This document shows, piece after piece, positions 25,391 to 39,789 of a stretch of DNA of 64,000 nucleotides. A model generated the notes under the pieces. It worked only from the letters and a program-made list of their open reading frames with translations, was not told the origin of the DNA and made no database searches. Origin of the DNA: Octopus sinensis. Its lineage: Eukaryota. The DNA lies in the NCBI RefSeq assembly GCF_006345805.1, contig NC_042998.1:134540001-134604000 (forward strand). Direction: 5' to 3'. Made by a program: the position numbers and the translations under genes. Within the stretch, counting starts at the first letter, position 1, and each line of letters opens with the position of its first letter.

Positions 25391-26911
25391 CACAGAGTTT
25401 CTGTGACTACAATGAAATCAGGATTGATACCTTTGACATAGGAGTCAAAAAGGTGGATCATGTGGCATAAACTTCAGATATTTAAGGACAGTAATTTGTA
25501 TCTGGATTTAAGACTATCATGATGATATTTAGGGGATGATGGATTGTTCTTGTTTAATTTCCCAGAGCTTTATACATTCTTTAATGCTATATTCACCATG
25601 TTCTTTGCTGGAAATTCCAACTGTTCCCTACATTTCCTCAGTATTTCAACAGAGTATATCTGACTCTGGAAGATTTTCAAATTATATATAAAATTGTGAT
25701 CAAATTATTTTGTTTTATTTTTTTAATTGATTTCTTATACTGGTAAAGGATAAATTATGAGCAAATAGACTTTTGAATATCTTCTGGTACTTATCTCATC
25801 ATCACGGTGGAATTTGAACTCAGAATGTAATGAGTCAGGAGAAATATCATGTAATATTTCTTCTGACATTCTAACAATTCTGCCACCTCACCGCCTTAAT
25901 GTATGAATAATGTGTTTGTGTCTGTTTACATTAATACTTCTCTGGAAATTGCCAAGTTACAAGCACTGACACTGGAGTTATGCCCCTTGGATTAGGATTA
26001 AAAGGCCACCTCAGGGTACTTGTAGAGCAGAGTTGGAGCTGAGATGAGATTGTGGAACGGGGTGGGGAAGCATGATTATGATGGGAAATGGAGATGGTGG
26101 AGAGGGTTGATTTTACAATTATGTGTGGTCACGTGTGTATATATATATATACAAGTAAGTGGACAAATGAAAGAAGGCCACTCAACAAATTTAATGGGAG
26201 TTACATGTATGGATCAAAACAGTTTGATTCAAGTTTGTTGGTACTCTTGAGTTTTAAGTGTGATGCTAGTCATCAGCCATTTTGAATTTGAATGACAGAA
26301 GTTGATTATTATTATTATTGTAAAGTGGACTGTGATTGGTCAAGAAAGGTCATGCGGTGTCATGGTTTGATGATGTGAGAATCACTGAGCTACAAGTAAT
26401 GATATCATTGTCATTTCTCCTGTCAACAAATCTACCATTGGCTTTGTACCTTTGAAAATATGTGGAATAAGAGACTGATTTCTTACATTAGCACAAATCC
26501 TCCAAAAGTAAGGGATCATGACAAGAAGGGCATCTGAGCATAAAACAATGTCTCAATAATTATCCGTCCTACCTATGCTAACATGGAGAAACAGACATAC
26601 AAAACAACAAATGAATGAATTATGTAGGCCTAGTATATCACCAGGTTTAACACAACCACTCAGTCACCAAGTTTACTCTATTTCAGGCATTTGGACTGCA
26701 TTCTAGTTCCATGTCCACCTATATTTTTCTACAGAGATGTTCTAAAGGGCATTGAGCATACAAATGTCACTGACCTGGGAGAGCCTATAAAAGTTATGGA
26801 CACTTCCTTGCCTCTTCTGATAGATTGTTACAGCAAAAACAATGCTTTCTTATTATGTTTTCATTCACCAAATCTGTAGCTGAATGTATATTAAAATAGT
26901 AATGAAATTAT

Positions 26912-27358
26912 TGTATACAGTGCTCGGGTGCACCACAAATGCAGTAATGTACAAATGTCTCGGAAGTGAACAGTGTGAGTCAGATACATGCTTGCGTGTA
27001 TATAGAAGGGAGAAAATCAGGTGTAGTGTTGGTGAATCTCAGGAAGCATGGAAGTTTTGAAGGATGCAGTGCTCTGACAACTAACAACTGATGCCGGCAG
27101 TTTGTTCCATACTTCAGCAACTCTTAGCATGAAAAAATGTTTCTGAAAGTCATGGGAGCTGTGCTGTTTTCTGACTTTGTAAACATGTTCACGTGTGTTA
27201 GACAGGTGGAGTTTGAAAAGGTGCTCAGAGTTATTGTTAGTAAGATGGTTAATAATTTTATAGGTGTCTGCCAAGTCAGCTGCCAGATGTCAGAGTTTCA
27301 GTGTAACCATGCCCAGGGAAGTAAAGCATTCAGAATATGGCAAATGCTTGATGGAGGG
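26912..27358 (-). mobile_element. CR1-type LINE 3' fragment
   Basis: Closely similar to 5376-5834 (KHFFMLRVAEVWNKLPASVVSC). Confidence 0.85.
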
Positions 27359-29532
27359 TCACTTCTTTCTCTCCTCCTTTCTCCTTTCCTCATTTTCTCT
27401 CTTCTCCCCACTTTCTCATTCCCTTCCCCATCCTCTCTTGCCTCTCTCTCACCACTTGTCTCTCTTTACCAACTGAGGTTGCCATGTATCTCTTCTCCAG
27501 AAGACACATGTTTCTGTTCCTCTGTCATACTGTTACCTTTCATCACCTGATACAAAGCTACCTCCCTCAATACTACTACCCACTCAGTTGAGGGATTTTG
27601 TCCAGCAAGTTACTTGGTCACCTCACTGGTGCTAGGGGCTATGTACAAAGCACTCATTCTGTATGGTGGTCAGCATTAGGATAGCATCCAACTAAAGAAT
27701 CCATGCCAAAGCAGACATTGGGGGCTTGGGGCAGTCCTCTGGTTCATCAGTTCCCATCTACTCATCTAACATATGCCAGCATGGAAAACAGATGTCCTAT
27801 GGTGGTGGTGGTGATAATGATTTCATATGCATATATGAAATGGGGAGGATGGACTAACTTCTTACATTAGCACAAGTCCTCCACAATTTATGGCAGTATT
27901 GCAAAAGAACCTGTAAGAAGGACATTTATGGTTTTGGTGAAGAATAATACTTTTAGTAGGGAAATCCAACTCTGACCCCTTAGTCTATGGAGCTCAACAT
28001 CAAAAACTGAGTGCTGTTGACAACTGTGAATCTATAAGATAACTAGAAAAGCACTCAGAGAGCACAGACCTCTGCCAAGCAGCTCATTTCCACCCATATA
28101 CATGCATGCTGAAAATCGCCCAATTTCCCAAACCAATGCTGGCAAAAACATAACCTCCTTGGCGGGGTTAAGAAAAAACACAGCCATATGATTTTTTTTT
28201 AAAATCCCTTTAAAAACAGGAATCATCTGAAGCAGTTATAATACATCAATGACAACAGCAAGCTAGTTTCACAGCGGCAGTGGAGGGAGCAAAGCCTGAT
28301 ATTTTTGAGTCAATCCCAATGGTCAAGGCTTGTCATGTCATCCTCAGCAGACCTCCACCAAGCAGCTCATTTTAAGATAGATACGCGAGTAAAATTACTA
28401 ATAGAAAAACAAAAACTTTGGAAACAGCAATGCCACCATAGGTTAAGTGGAAACGATGAACGTGTTTACAAGGGAGATAATCAAAGAACGTAACATTGCA
28501 ATACTTCATGTAAAGTAAATATAACAAATGAAAAATCCTTCAAGACTCCATAAAAATTCACGGATCACTACCAAAATTTCATCATCTGTTTCTTGTATCA
28601 TTACCAACTTTTCCTGCAAGTTTCATCAAATACTGTTCATAACTTTTTGAGTTATTTTGCACACAGACGGACAGACAGACAAACCAACGCTAATGAAAGC
28701 ATAACCTCCTTCCTTGGTGGAGGTAATTAAACAAATTTCCTTTGAAGTTTTACAATGAGTAGTTTGCCAGTTGTTATCAAGTTTGTGCTATACATGTTTA
28801 CAAAAATTAACAACAAATTAGAGTTAGTTTAATTGATTAATTGAATCAAGCTGTTTTTTTGTGTGTGTGTGTGTGTGTGTGTGTTGTTAAGTTTATTCAA
28901 TCTATGTACACATATGTTGTACAAGAGTAGATCATCTTTTTCCTTTGTAATGTGTATATAAACTTGTCAACATGTTTATTAAAATAGTAAGAAGTGCAAT
29001 GTTAATGGATTTTGCATCTTTTTTTTTTATCTGGATCACATAATTGTTGATTATTTTTTATAGTTTGTATAGCATACAAGAGAGAAGCCATAACAAAAGT
29101 TATTGTTGACATACTTTATAAAGATGGATGCATATAGAAAAACCTATGTATGCATTAGTTTCTAAAACTGGTACAATGCCGTGCATTTAGATCAACACTA
29201 ACAAAATAAAATACTTACGATTGATCATGCTCAATCTTAACAAGTATTTTATTTTGTTAACTTTACCATCCACCAGAAGGAGGAAAGACAAAGTGACACC
29301 TGCAGAATTTGAAATCAGAACATAAAAAGACATAACTAAATATGGCAAGGCATTTTGTTCCACTGTTTTTTATTCCATTTTGTTCCACTGTTTTTTGTTC
29401 CATCTTGCTCCACTATATAATAATAAATCGTCCACAGATAGGTGGTTTATTTTTAATGATTAATAAATTCTAATATCAATAGACATATCTATGGTTAAGA
29501 GGCTTGCTTCCCAACCCTGATGTGTGTGTGTG

Positions 29533-29594
<62 letters not shown>

Positions 29595-29856
29595 ACGTGT
29601 GTGTGTGTGCATGTGTCTAGATATAATGGCTGTAAATGAGAATCATTGTCATACTAGTAAGGTTACTTGTTTCTAACCTTCCATGAAAAACATGTTACAG
29701 TAGGGGGAAATATTACCTTGCTTGGAAACAGGTGAGGGTTGTTAACAGAAGGGAAATCCAGTCATAGAAAGTCTATTTCAATAAATTCTGTCTGACCCAT
29801 GCAAGTATGAGAATGAAAGAAATTAAATGATAATGATGATTAGCATATCTATATAT

Positions 29857-30022
29857 AGGCGCAGGAGTGGCTGTGTGGTAAGTAGCTTGCTAACCAACCA
29901 CATGGTTCCGGGTTCAGTCCCACTGCGTGGCATCTTGGGCAAGTGTCTTCTGCTATAGCCCCGGGCCGACCAATGCCTCGTGAGTGGATTTGGTAGATGG
30001 AAACTGAAAGAAGCCTGTTGTA

Positions 30023-30065
<43 letters not shown>

Positions 30066-30280
30066 ATGTGTGTTTGTGTGTCTGTGTTTGTCCCCCTAGC
30101 TTTGCTTGACAACCGATGCTGGTGTGTTTACGTCCCCGTCACTTAGCGGTTTGGCAAAGAGACCGATGGAATAAGTACTGGGCTTACAAAGAATAAGTCC
30201 CGGGGTCGATTTGCTCGACTAAAGGCGGTGCTCCAGCATGGCTGAAACATGTAAAAGAGTAAAAGAGTAAAGAGAGTATT
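29857..30280 (+). mobile_element. Young full-length tRNA-derived SINE
   Basis: CpG-intact head aggcgcaggagtggctgtgtggtaag...ggttccgggttcagtccc, core and (AAAGAGT)n tail. Closely similar copy at 33068-33478. Confidence 0.9.
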
Positions 30281-30339
30281 AATGATTGACTATAAATAGA
30301 TGATATATTTACAATAATTAATACATTTTAATATTAGTA

Positions 30340-30795
30340 CAAGGCGAGCAGCAAGCTAGTAGAATCATTAGCATGTGGGGCAAAATCTTAGCGACATTTT
30401 ATCTGTCTGCATGTTCTGAGTTCAAATTTTGCTGAGGTCAACTTTGTCTTTCATCCTTTTGGGGTCAATAAAATAAGTACCAGTTAAGCATGAGATTGAT
30501 GTAATTGACTTACCCACTCCCTGAAATTGCTGACCTTATGCTAAAAATTTGAAAGCAATATTAGCCCAAGGCAAGGCAGAGAGCTAGCTGAGTGGTTAGC
30601 ACTCCAAGCAAAATGCTTAGCAGCATTTCATCCATCTTTATGTTCTGAGTTCAAATTCCACTGAAGTCAATTTTGTCTATCATCCTTTAGGGGATGATAA
30701 AATAAGTACCAGCTGAGCACTGGGGCCAATGTAATTGACTGACTCCCTCCCCTTGAAATTGTTGGCTTTGTGCCAAAATTTGAAATCAATATTAG
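30340..30795 (+). mobile_element. Two tandem decayed SINEs of the second family
   Basis: Each has gttctgagttcaaatt...ctttcatcctttt ggggtcaataaaataagtaccag. Confidence 0.7.
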
Positions 30796-31948
30796 AACAA
30801 AACTATAATCAAAATTTTAAATATTAGTAGAAGAAGGGAACTGATTCCAATTCATGACTTACATATAACTCATAAGTTTAGTGGAATAACAAATTTTGAA
30901 AGTAAAAGTTTCTGTTTCTCTGCCATTTCTGCTACTCTACTACTATGTTATTTATATATTCTATTTATTTTACACATCAGGATTGTGGTCATGCTAGGGT
31001 ACCACCTTGGATGACGTAATTAATAAAAATGACCTCAGTACTTGCTTATCTGGTTCTTATTCTGTCAGGTCATTATTAGCTGAAGCCATAAGTTCAAGGC
31101 GTAAACAAACCAAAAGTTGTCAAGCAGTAAGTGATAATCATAGTGACACATTTGCATGTGTCATACATACATACATACATACATACATACATACATACAT
31201 ACATTTGCATGTGATATACATACATACATTTGCATGTGACATACATACATACATACATTTGCATGTGACATACATACATACATATATACATACATACATA
31301 CATATACATACATACATACATACATACATACATACAAATGTGGTTTGATCAATAAGTGTCCAGACTTATTGAAATTTTGAAGTTGTGATTTTCACCAATT
31401 TTTTTTCCGAATCAGAATCTCCATAGCCAAAAACATGGGTTTTCGTAAAAAAATATTTCTTTAAAATGGGGGAGGGGCTGGGTTACGTCTCCGCCATGTG
31501 CACCAAGTATTTATCGAATGCCACTGATTCATATATATATATATATAAAATATTCTTTTCTACTCTAGGCACAAGGCCCAAAATTTTGCGGGAGGGGGCC
31601 AGTTGATTAGATTGACACCAGTACACAGGTGGTACTTAATCTATCAACCCCAAAAAGATGATAGGCAAAGTCGACCTTGGCAGAATTTGAACTCGGAACA
31701 TAAAGACAGACGAAATACCACTATTTTGCCATCCTGCAAACGTTTCAATCAGCTTGCCAACTTATAAATATTATATCATATTATATTATATTATAATATA
31801 TATTATATTATATTATATATCATATCATATTATGTAGACATGCAATGTGAAAACTGCATTCCAAAAGGTTTGTGTCATTCTAGTTTTCTAAAATATTTAA
31901 AAAAGGGAATAGCTTTTAAGAAAATCTTTCTTCAAATTTTATATATGT

Positions 31949-31981
<33 letters not shown>

Positions 31982-33067
31982 TGCACACATGCACACACGC
32001 ACACACACACACACATATGTATGTATTTAAAAAGATTTTCATAAATGTCAGTAACTCTTTTTTGAAAATTATATACATACATACATACATACATACATAC
32101 ATACATACATGTATGTGTGTGCATGCATGTATGTGAGTGCATGTATGTGTGCATATGTGTGTGCATGTGTTTGAGCATCTGTGTTTCTTGGTGCATTTCT
32201 GTTTCTATGTCTGTTTATGTCCACCAGTGTATATCAGTGTGTTGTGTCCCTTTATGTCAAAGCATAACTTATTGATTTCATAAACAGAGATGAATGAAAT
32301 ATGTGTGATGCTAAAATAAATACTGCAGTTAATATGATTAATTAAAAGCCATGAAAGTTATACCAGCATGGACACTACTGAATGACTGAAATTAGCACAA
32401 AAAATAAAATAATACAAAGTACAAATCACTTTGTTGCATGCATGAAGTGCAAACCCCAGGAATTAATCTCTTTTTTCAGTTTAATTTCTGCTGCAAGCAT
32501 TGACGTGCAGACATTCAGACAAAGCATCAGCTGCATTAATCTCAGCAACCTGGGGTGAGCCTGCAAGTGACATGGCTTCTAGCTACTCCCCATAATTAAC
32601 TTATTTAACAATAACTTTCATAAAAGTTATTGAAAAATTAACAGAAAATATAATGTATTCTTTTATTCTTTCACTCGTTTCAGTCATTTGACTGCAGCCA
32701 TGCTGGAGCACCGACTTGAAGGGTTTTAATCAAAGAAATCAACCCCAGGATTTATTCTTTGTAAGCCAAGTACTTATTCTATTGGTCTCTTTTGCTGAAT
32801 TGCAAAGTTACAGGGACATAAACACACACGCATAAATATTCGTCCGCTGCTGCGTTCTGAGTTCAAATCCGCCGAGGTCGACTTTGCCTTTCATCCTTTC
32901 AGGGTCGATAAATTAAGTACCAGTTATGCACTGGGGTCGATGTAATCGACTTAATCTGTTTGTCCTTGTTTGTCCCCTCTATGTTCAGCCCTTTGTGGGC
33001 AATAAAAAAAAAAATATATATATATATAGGTGCAAGAGAGGCTATATAGGCACAGGAGTGGCTATAT

Positions 33068-33478
33068 AGGCGCAGGAGTGGCTGTGTGGTAAGTAGTTTA
33101 CTAACCAACCACATGGTTCCGGGTTCAGTCCCACTGCGTGGCACCTTGGGTAAGTGTCTTCTACTATAGCCTCGGGCCGACCAAAGCCTTGTGAGTGGAT
33201 TTGGTAGATGGAAACTGAAAGAAGCCCGTCGTATATATGTATATATATATATGTGTGTATGTTTGTGTGTCTGTGTTTGTCCCCCTAGCATTGCTTGACA
33301 ACCGATGCTGGTGTGTTTATGTCCCCGTTACTTAGTGGTTCAGCAAAAGAGACCGATAGAATAAGTACCGGGCTTACAAAAGAATAAGTCCCGGGGTCGA
33401 GTTGCTCGATTAAAGGTGGTGCTCTAGCATGGCAGCAGTCAAATGACTGAAACAAGTAAAAGAGTAAAAGAGTAAAAA
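33068..33478 (+). mobile_element. tRNA-derived SINE with duplicated 5' head
   Basis: tataggcacaggagtggc repeated immediately before the head; same body as 29857. Confidence 0.85.
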
Positions 33479-34196
33479 AGTATATGATGGGCTTCTTTCA
33501 GTTTTTGTCTACCAAATCTATTCACAAAGCTTCAGACATCCTGGGGTTATAGTAGATGCTTGCCCAAGCCAAGGCTATAGGTTTATAGTAGAAGACACTT
33601 GCCCTGCTTTCACCATGCATTTCTTAACCATGAGTTTCTTAACCACACAGCTATAGAAAATTTTTAGAAATAAAACAAAAAGGAAGGTGAGAAGCTAATG
33701 ATATAGATTACTTATAAAATGATATCAGCTTAGACATATTTAAAGATATCAACTTAAATATTTGAAGAAACAAATGGTGATAGCAGATTATGGTATATAG
33801 GTTCATGAAGAACAAATGTGTAGAGAATAAAAGAGAGCTGAAATTTTGCAGGAGAAGGTAAGTCAATTACATCAACCTCAGTGCTCAACAGGTACTTATT
33901 TTATTGACCTCAAAAGGACAAAAGACAAAATCAACTTTGGTGGAATTTGAACTCAGAATGTAAAGATGGATAAAATGCTGCTAAGTATTTTGCCCGGCTT
34001 GATAACAATTCTGCCTGCCCATTGTCTTTATGGAAGTATAAATACTGGAATAGTATTGTCAATCAATGACTATATTATTTACAATTTATAGTCTTTATCT
34101 AAAATTATAATCATTACTAGTATCTAGAATTTTATATTCCTTCTTGTGTATTTAGATCTTTTGCAGTTTATGTCTATAATTATATGAATATATATA

Positions 34197-34244
<48 letters not shown>

Positions 34245-34527
34245 TATATATGTATGTATGTATATATATAAAATGAGATAGGGGTTGTAACTTCAACCCT
34301 CCATGGGATAACATATATCCAATATACTGCTGTCAGTTATAATGTATATGTATTTTTATATCTTGTTATATTTATTTAGTTATATCTCATTATATTGATT
34401 GTAATTATTGTACTGTATTAATGTTTAATCTTAATGCTCTTGTGTAGTGTTTTAATAAAGTATATGATTCGGTATTATCTGATAGTTGATGAATGATTTA
34501 GATATATTTCTCCATTTTCTCATTTTG

Positions 34528-34574
<47 letters not shown>

Positions 34575-36049
34575 GTTGATATCATTATCAGCATTACCAT
34601 CATCATTGATTTAACAGGCACTTTTCCATGCTTATATGGGTAAAATTTTATACACATACACACTTATGTATGCATGTGTGTGAAAAAGAGTCCAAGGACA
34701 CTGATATCAATCTGGACATATTGATAGATTATAAGACTTAGACTTAAGAAAGAACTTAAGAAGTATCCCTTCAATAATCATATTCTACCCCCTACTTCTT
34801 GCATCATCTCAGTAGCTTGGTGCTGTGTAAAACTAAGCTTTTAAAACCACCTACTCTTATCAAGCGAATTTAGAAGGATTAGGTTCAGGGAAGTGGCTGG
34901 TGGTCTTAGAAGCCACTAAGCAGGCTTAATTCTTACTGGAAACTTAATCTATTTGTGAACCATATAGGTTCATAATATTAATTTCTAATATAGACATAAA
35001 AATATTAAGTTTTTGAAAAGAGCACACTTGGTTATATTAACATTATTACTTCACTGGTATTTATTTTATCAATCTTGGAAGGATGGAAAGTAAAATTGAT
35101 GAAAGCAAAAATTTAAATTTAAAAACGAGTAAATCCACAATTAAATGCTGTGAAGTATTTTGTTCAACATTGTACTGATTCTGGCAATCCACCCACTTCC
35201 TATTCTTACAAGGTAAATAATATTGGTGGTTAATGCCATTTTTTATAGTTTGAAGCAAGTAGGACATAAATCTTCACCTGGAGAAAGATATAGTTTTGTA
35301 GCTAACTTTACTCAGGAATTCAGGCACTTATAACTGACCACTAAGTAAATTATGTCATATAATAATAAATGGGAGGGAAAATAGAGAGAATTTCCAGGGT
35401 TACTTCCTGCATGAAAAACATATAGCTAAGTGAGGAATAATATACTTGATTTGTAGGCAATTTTATAACAATCTTTAAATTTGAACAAATTCAATTCCTT
35501 TTCATTTTCACTCAGTTGCACACAGATCATAGTTTATCTGAATGTAATTGACTTTACTCACAAACCAATTTCAGGCCTTGTGCTTATAGCAGGAAAGATT
35601 ATTATTATTATTGAGATTACAAGTGAGCAGAATAGTTAGAGCACTAGACAAAATGCCTAGCAGCATTTCTACTGGCTTTACATTCTTATTTCTTTACTGC
35701 CCACAAGGGGCTACACACAGAGGGGACAAACAAGGACAGACAAATGGATTAAGCCTAACTGGTACTTATTTAATTGACCCCGAAAAGATGAAAGGCAAAG
35801 TCGACCTCAGCAGAATTTGAACTCAGAACGTTACGGCAGACAAAATACTGCTAAGCATTTTGTCCAGCGTGCTAACAATTCTGCCAGCTCACCACCTATA
35901 AGTGGCTTTACATTCTGAGTTCAAATTCTGTCAAGGTATACTTTGCTTTATGCCCTTTTGGAGTTGATAAAGGGAAAAGAAAACACAAAATCTCACCCAA
36001 AGATTAAAATATTTTAAGAAATCAAAAAATATCCACAAGATTATGGCTG

Positions 36050-37400
36050 GGAGATAACTGTTAACTCAAAGCTGCTTTCACCACAGCCTCAAGATGGCTC
36101 AAGAACCTGGTGCTTATGTTCCTCACTGTGTCCCTGAGAAGATCTTCAAACACCTCCATGATTTTGACCAGGAGCTTGGCCTTGGTGTTGTAGACAGAGT
36201 GATTGGTATCTTTCTCAATTGTGCTCCACACAGAGTAATTCATGGGATTATAATCAGAGGAATTAGGAGGCCAGAAATTGGGGCTGAAGTTGTAGATTCT
36301 CCTACAACCACTTTTGACTCCTGAAAAGAGTCAAAAGTATGGCAATAAGTCAAAACAAGCTGTCACACATGGCCTTCCAGCAACAACTCTCCTTAGTCAG
36401 AGTTTGACCACAGTCTCCAGCAGTTTCACATTGAGACCATAACCTCGTGGCCTATGCCAGGGGCATAACCAGCCCACTTATGCATACCTTTTCCTTCTTT
36501 GGACACTAAACTCTGCTTGTGAAGACCTGTTGAGGCAAGTGAAATTGAAATCAAATTCGATGACTGGCATCCATGCTCGTGGGGTGCAAAGAGCACCATA
36601 CGAGTGTGATCGTTGACAGAGTGGCTAACCGGCTTCCGTGCCAGTGGCACATAAAAGACACCATTCGAGTGTGATCATTACCAGCATCGCCTTACTGGCA
36701 CTTGTGCTCCGTGCTAGTAGGGTGCTAAGAGCACCATCCGAGCATGATCATTGCCAGGCTAACTGGCTTCCTTGCCGGTGGCACATAAAAGGCACCATTC
36801 AAGCGTGATCATTACCAGCATCGCCTTACAGGCACTTGTGCCAGTGGCACATGTAAAAACATTTGAGCGAGGTCATTGCCAGTACCGCCTGACTGGTCAC
36901 TGTGCCGGTGGCACATTAAAGCACCCACTACACTCTCAGAGTGGTTGGTGTTAAGAAGGGCATCCAGCTGTAGAAAATCTGCTAGATCAAGATTGGAGCC
37001 TGGTGCAGCCATCTGGTTTTCCAGCCCTCAGTCAAATCGTCCAACCCATGCTAGCATGGAAAGCAGGTGTTAAATGATGATGATGATGATGATGATCTGA
37101 ATTGAGCCAAAGGCCCTATTCAAAGAGGTTGGGAAGCGTGACATCTCCCTCACTAAAGACACGCCTAAGGGGGAACTTGGTTTTCATAATATCCATGTCA
37201 TGTCTTACAGCCTTTACAGTGTTTGCAGAGCATTGAGCAGCAATTATGATGTTGGCACTTTGATACTTGATACTGATCATCATGATACAGGTGACTCTTT
37301 TCCAATATTCAGATGGCTTCCAGTCCTCCATGTCAACTAATTTTTTCTCAACTATAGCTTCAATCTTTATGTTCTCCAATGCCGTTGACTGTTCACCAAT
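36050..37400 (-). mobile_element. Decayed DD37D (maT-like) transposon interrupted by an RTE tail
   Basis: N-terminal WKPSEYWKRVT..CSANTVKAVRHDMD (37116-37379) and C-terminal NYSVWSTIEKDTN..FLSHLEAVV (36061-36243) resemble the 61-62 kb element. Confidence 0.6.
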
Positions 37401-37689
37401 GCATCAAGCTGTTCCTGAAAAAAGGAGACATAAAGTCATCAAATACAGCCTGAACACTCCATTTTTACCTTTTTAATTGTGTAAGTGTGTACATGTGTGA
37501 GTATATGTATGTATATATTAAATGTGTTGTGTGTACATGTGTATAGGTGTACGTGTGTATGTATGTATATGAGTGTAGGACTGTCTGGTGCATAAGTGCA
37601 ACTTTCATGCACACATCCCCTTCATTTATATGGATATGCATATGCTTGTATATTTGCAGTTGTAGGTGTGTGATAGAAGGATGTATCTG

Positions 37690-37732
<43 letters not shown>

Positions 37733-37895
37733 GTGTGTGTGTACATATATATATATACGGGAGTGTGAATATATGCCTATATATATATATATACACACAC
37801 ATATATTTATATGTATAAATGTCTAACTATATATGTATGCAACCATACACCTATGTGTATATGAGGATGAAGTTGCATTCACATATACATATATA

Positions 37896-37927
<32 letters not shown>

Positions 37928-38563
37928 AATACTATTATAATTAAGGGTATAGAAGAGACCATGCCTATGTTGAAAGTAGATGCTAAATCGTCAAACCACT
38001 TAAAAATTATCACTTTTATAGTACACAACATGTTGAAATCGAGAGAGTAGGCTCACAGAAATTCATAAAATAGTTAGCCTTGAATTGATCAATTTCTGGA
38101 TTTGTCCAGTAACTTTTCCTCATCAGCAAGGCATACATAGGGAAATAAACGAGATATTTATACATACCCACAGGAAAGTAAATGCAAAGCTACAGGTGCA
38201 TACAAATACCACAAATACATCTGCTTTGAATTTCATAGACTACCTCAGCACATGTATATGATCAGAGTAGTAAAGAAGTGACTAGACTGTCCTGAAGTAA
38301 ATGGAAATTATCAATTATAATTGAATAATTGTGTGTGTGTGTGTGTGTACCATTATCATCATTGCTTTCCATTCTGGCATGGGCTGGCTGGCTGGCTTGA
38401 TGTGAACCAATATACCAGAGGATCATGTCTTGCATCAGGTTAATTCAGTTTGGGCTTGGTTCCTATAGCTGGATGCTTTTCCTAAAACCAACCACATTAC
38501 AGAGTGTACTGGGTGCATTTTTACAAGGCACCAGACTTTTGAAGTTACCTTGCTCTCAGCAAG

Positions 38564-38601
<38 letters not shown>

Positions 38602-39001
38602 CGTGCGTGTGTGTGTGTGTGTGTCAACTCACCTCATATCAGGATTGCCTTTTATCAATCCTACCATGCCTTCCCCATATCAGCTGGCATATATTAGTAT
38701 CTGATATATATCATTGGTATAGGATCCTCCCCCCCCCCCCAACACAGACAGGTATAAGTGATGAACTTGACAGCGAAGCCACAATGCTGTAACACAAAGC
38801 ATTGTTAAAAGAAACAAACTATGGTAACAAGGAAGATATTGAGTGCTTCATTCAACAATGGATAGAGCAACCATAGTAATGAAAGGAATACTGTTGCTGC
38901 TGCTGATGATGATGATGATGTTTTCTACTTCTATTATAACTCCATTCACAACTAGAAGGTTTTAGAGAAAAAGTGATGATGATGATGATGATGATGATGA
39001 A

Positions 39002-39043
<42 letters not shown>

Positions 39044-39789
39044 AGTGGTGGTGATTATGATGGTGGTGGGGGTTGCAGTGGTGGTGATGATGATGCTCTT
39101 CTTCCACCTTTACTTTTCTTCTCTTGCTATGTTTTTGTATTAAGTAAAAGTCTAACATCGACAGACAATTACTTGTTACACTGGAAATGTTTTTAGAGTT
39201 TTCGGAAGTTGAAGACTCTAAATATAAATAAAACCGATTAATTTCCTGAAAACGCCTCTGTAAACAATGCTAAAAGCAGGCGTTATCTAAAGTAATCTTT
39301 CAGTTTTTAATCAACTTCTATCATCCTATCTCTTTTTTTGTTTGTTTCTTTCTCTATTTCCTTTCTACTTTTCTTTTCTTTCCCAGTGTCTTGCATTAGC
39401 TCTGTCTTCTTTCATTTCTAATTTACTTTAACCTCTCTCTGCCTATTTCTCTCTTGCCCCCTCTCTCTCTCTCTCTCTCACACACACATAGCAATTTTCT
39501 TTGTCTGCCTGCCTGCCTGTCTATTTGGGTCTCTCTCTCTCTCTTTCTCTTGTCTTTTTTCCTTTCTACATCTTATATCAGGGACTATTCTATCGTTTGT
39601 GTTTTATTGTTTTATTTAAATAATAATTCTCGATTACATATGGCATAAATTAGAAAAAAAATCAAATTATAAAAATGGACAAAGAACACAATTGAAAAAT
39701 TACCAAACAAAAAACACAACCCCCCCCCCCGAAAAAAAAAACAAAAACAATTCACCACCTTAGGCTGAAAATTTTGGGGTGCTGGGAAA

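Noticed and set aside
32440-32600. GC-richer non-repeat-looking stretch (possible exon)
   Set aside because: No recognisable protein in any frame and weak splice signals.
35140-35212. Possible + strand exon ending aag/gtaaat (AVKYFVQHCTDSGNPPTSYSYK)
   Set aside because: No polypyrimidine acceptor, an in-frame stop upstream, and no partner exons.
37116-37414. Good minus-strand acceptor at 37415 and an 87-aa ORF as a host exon
   Set aside because: All three frames from the acceptor hit early stops; the ORF resembles the DD37D transposase N-terminus.
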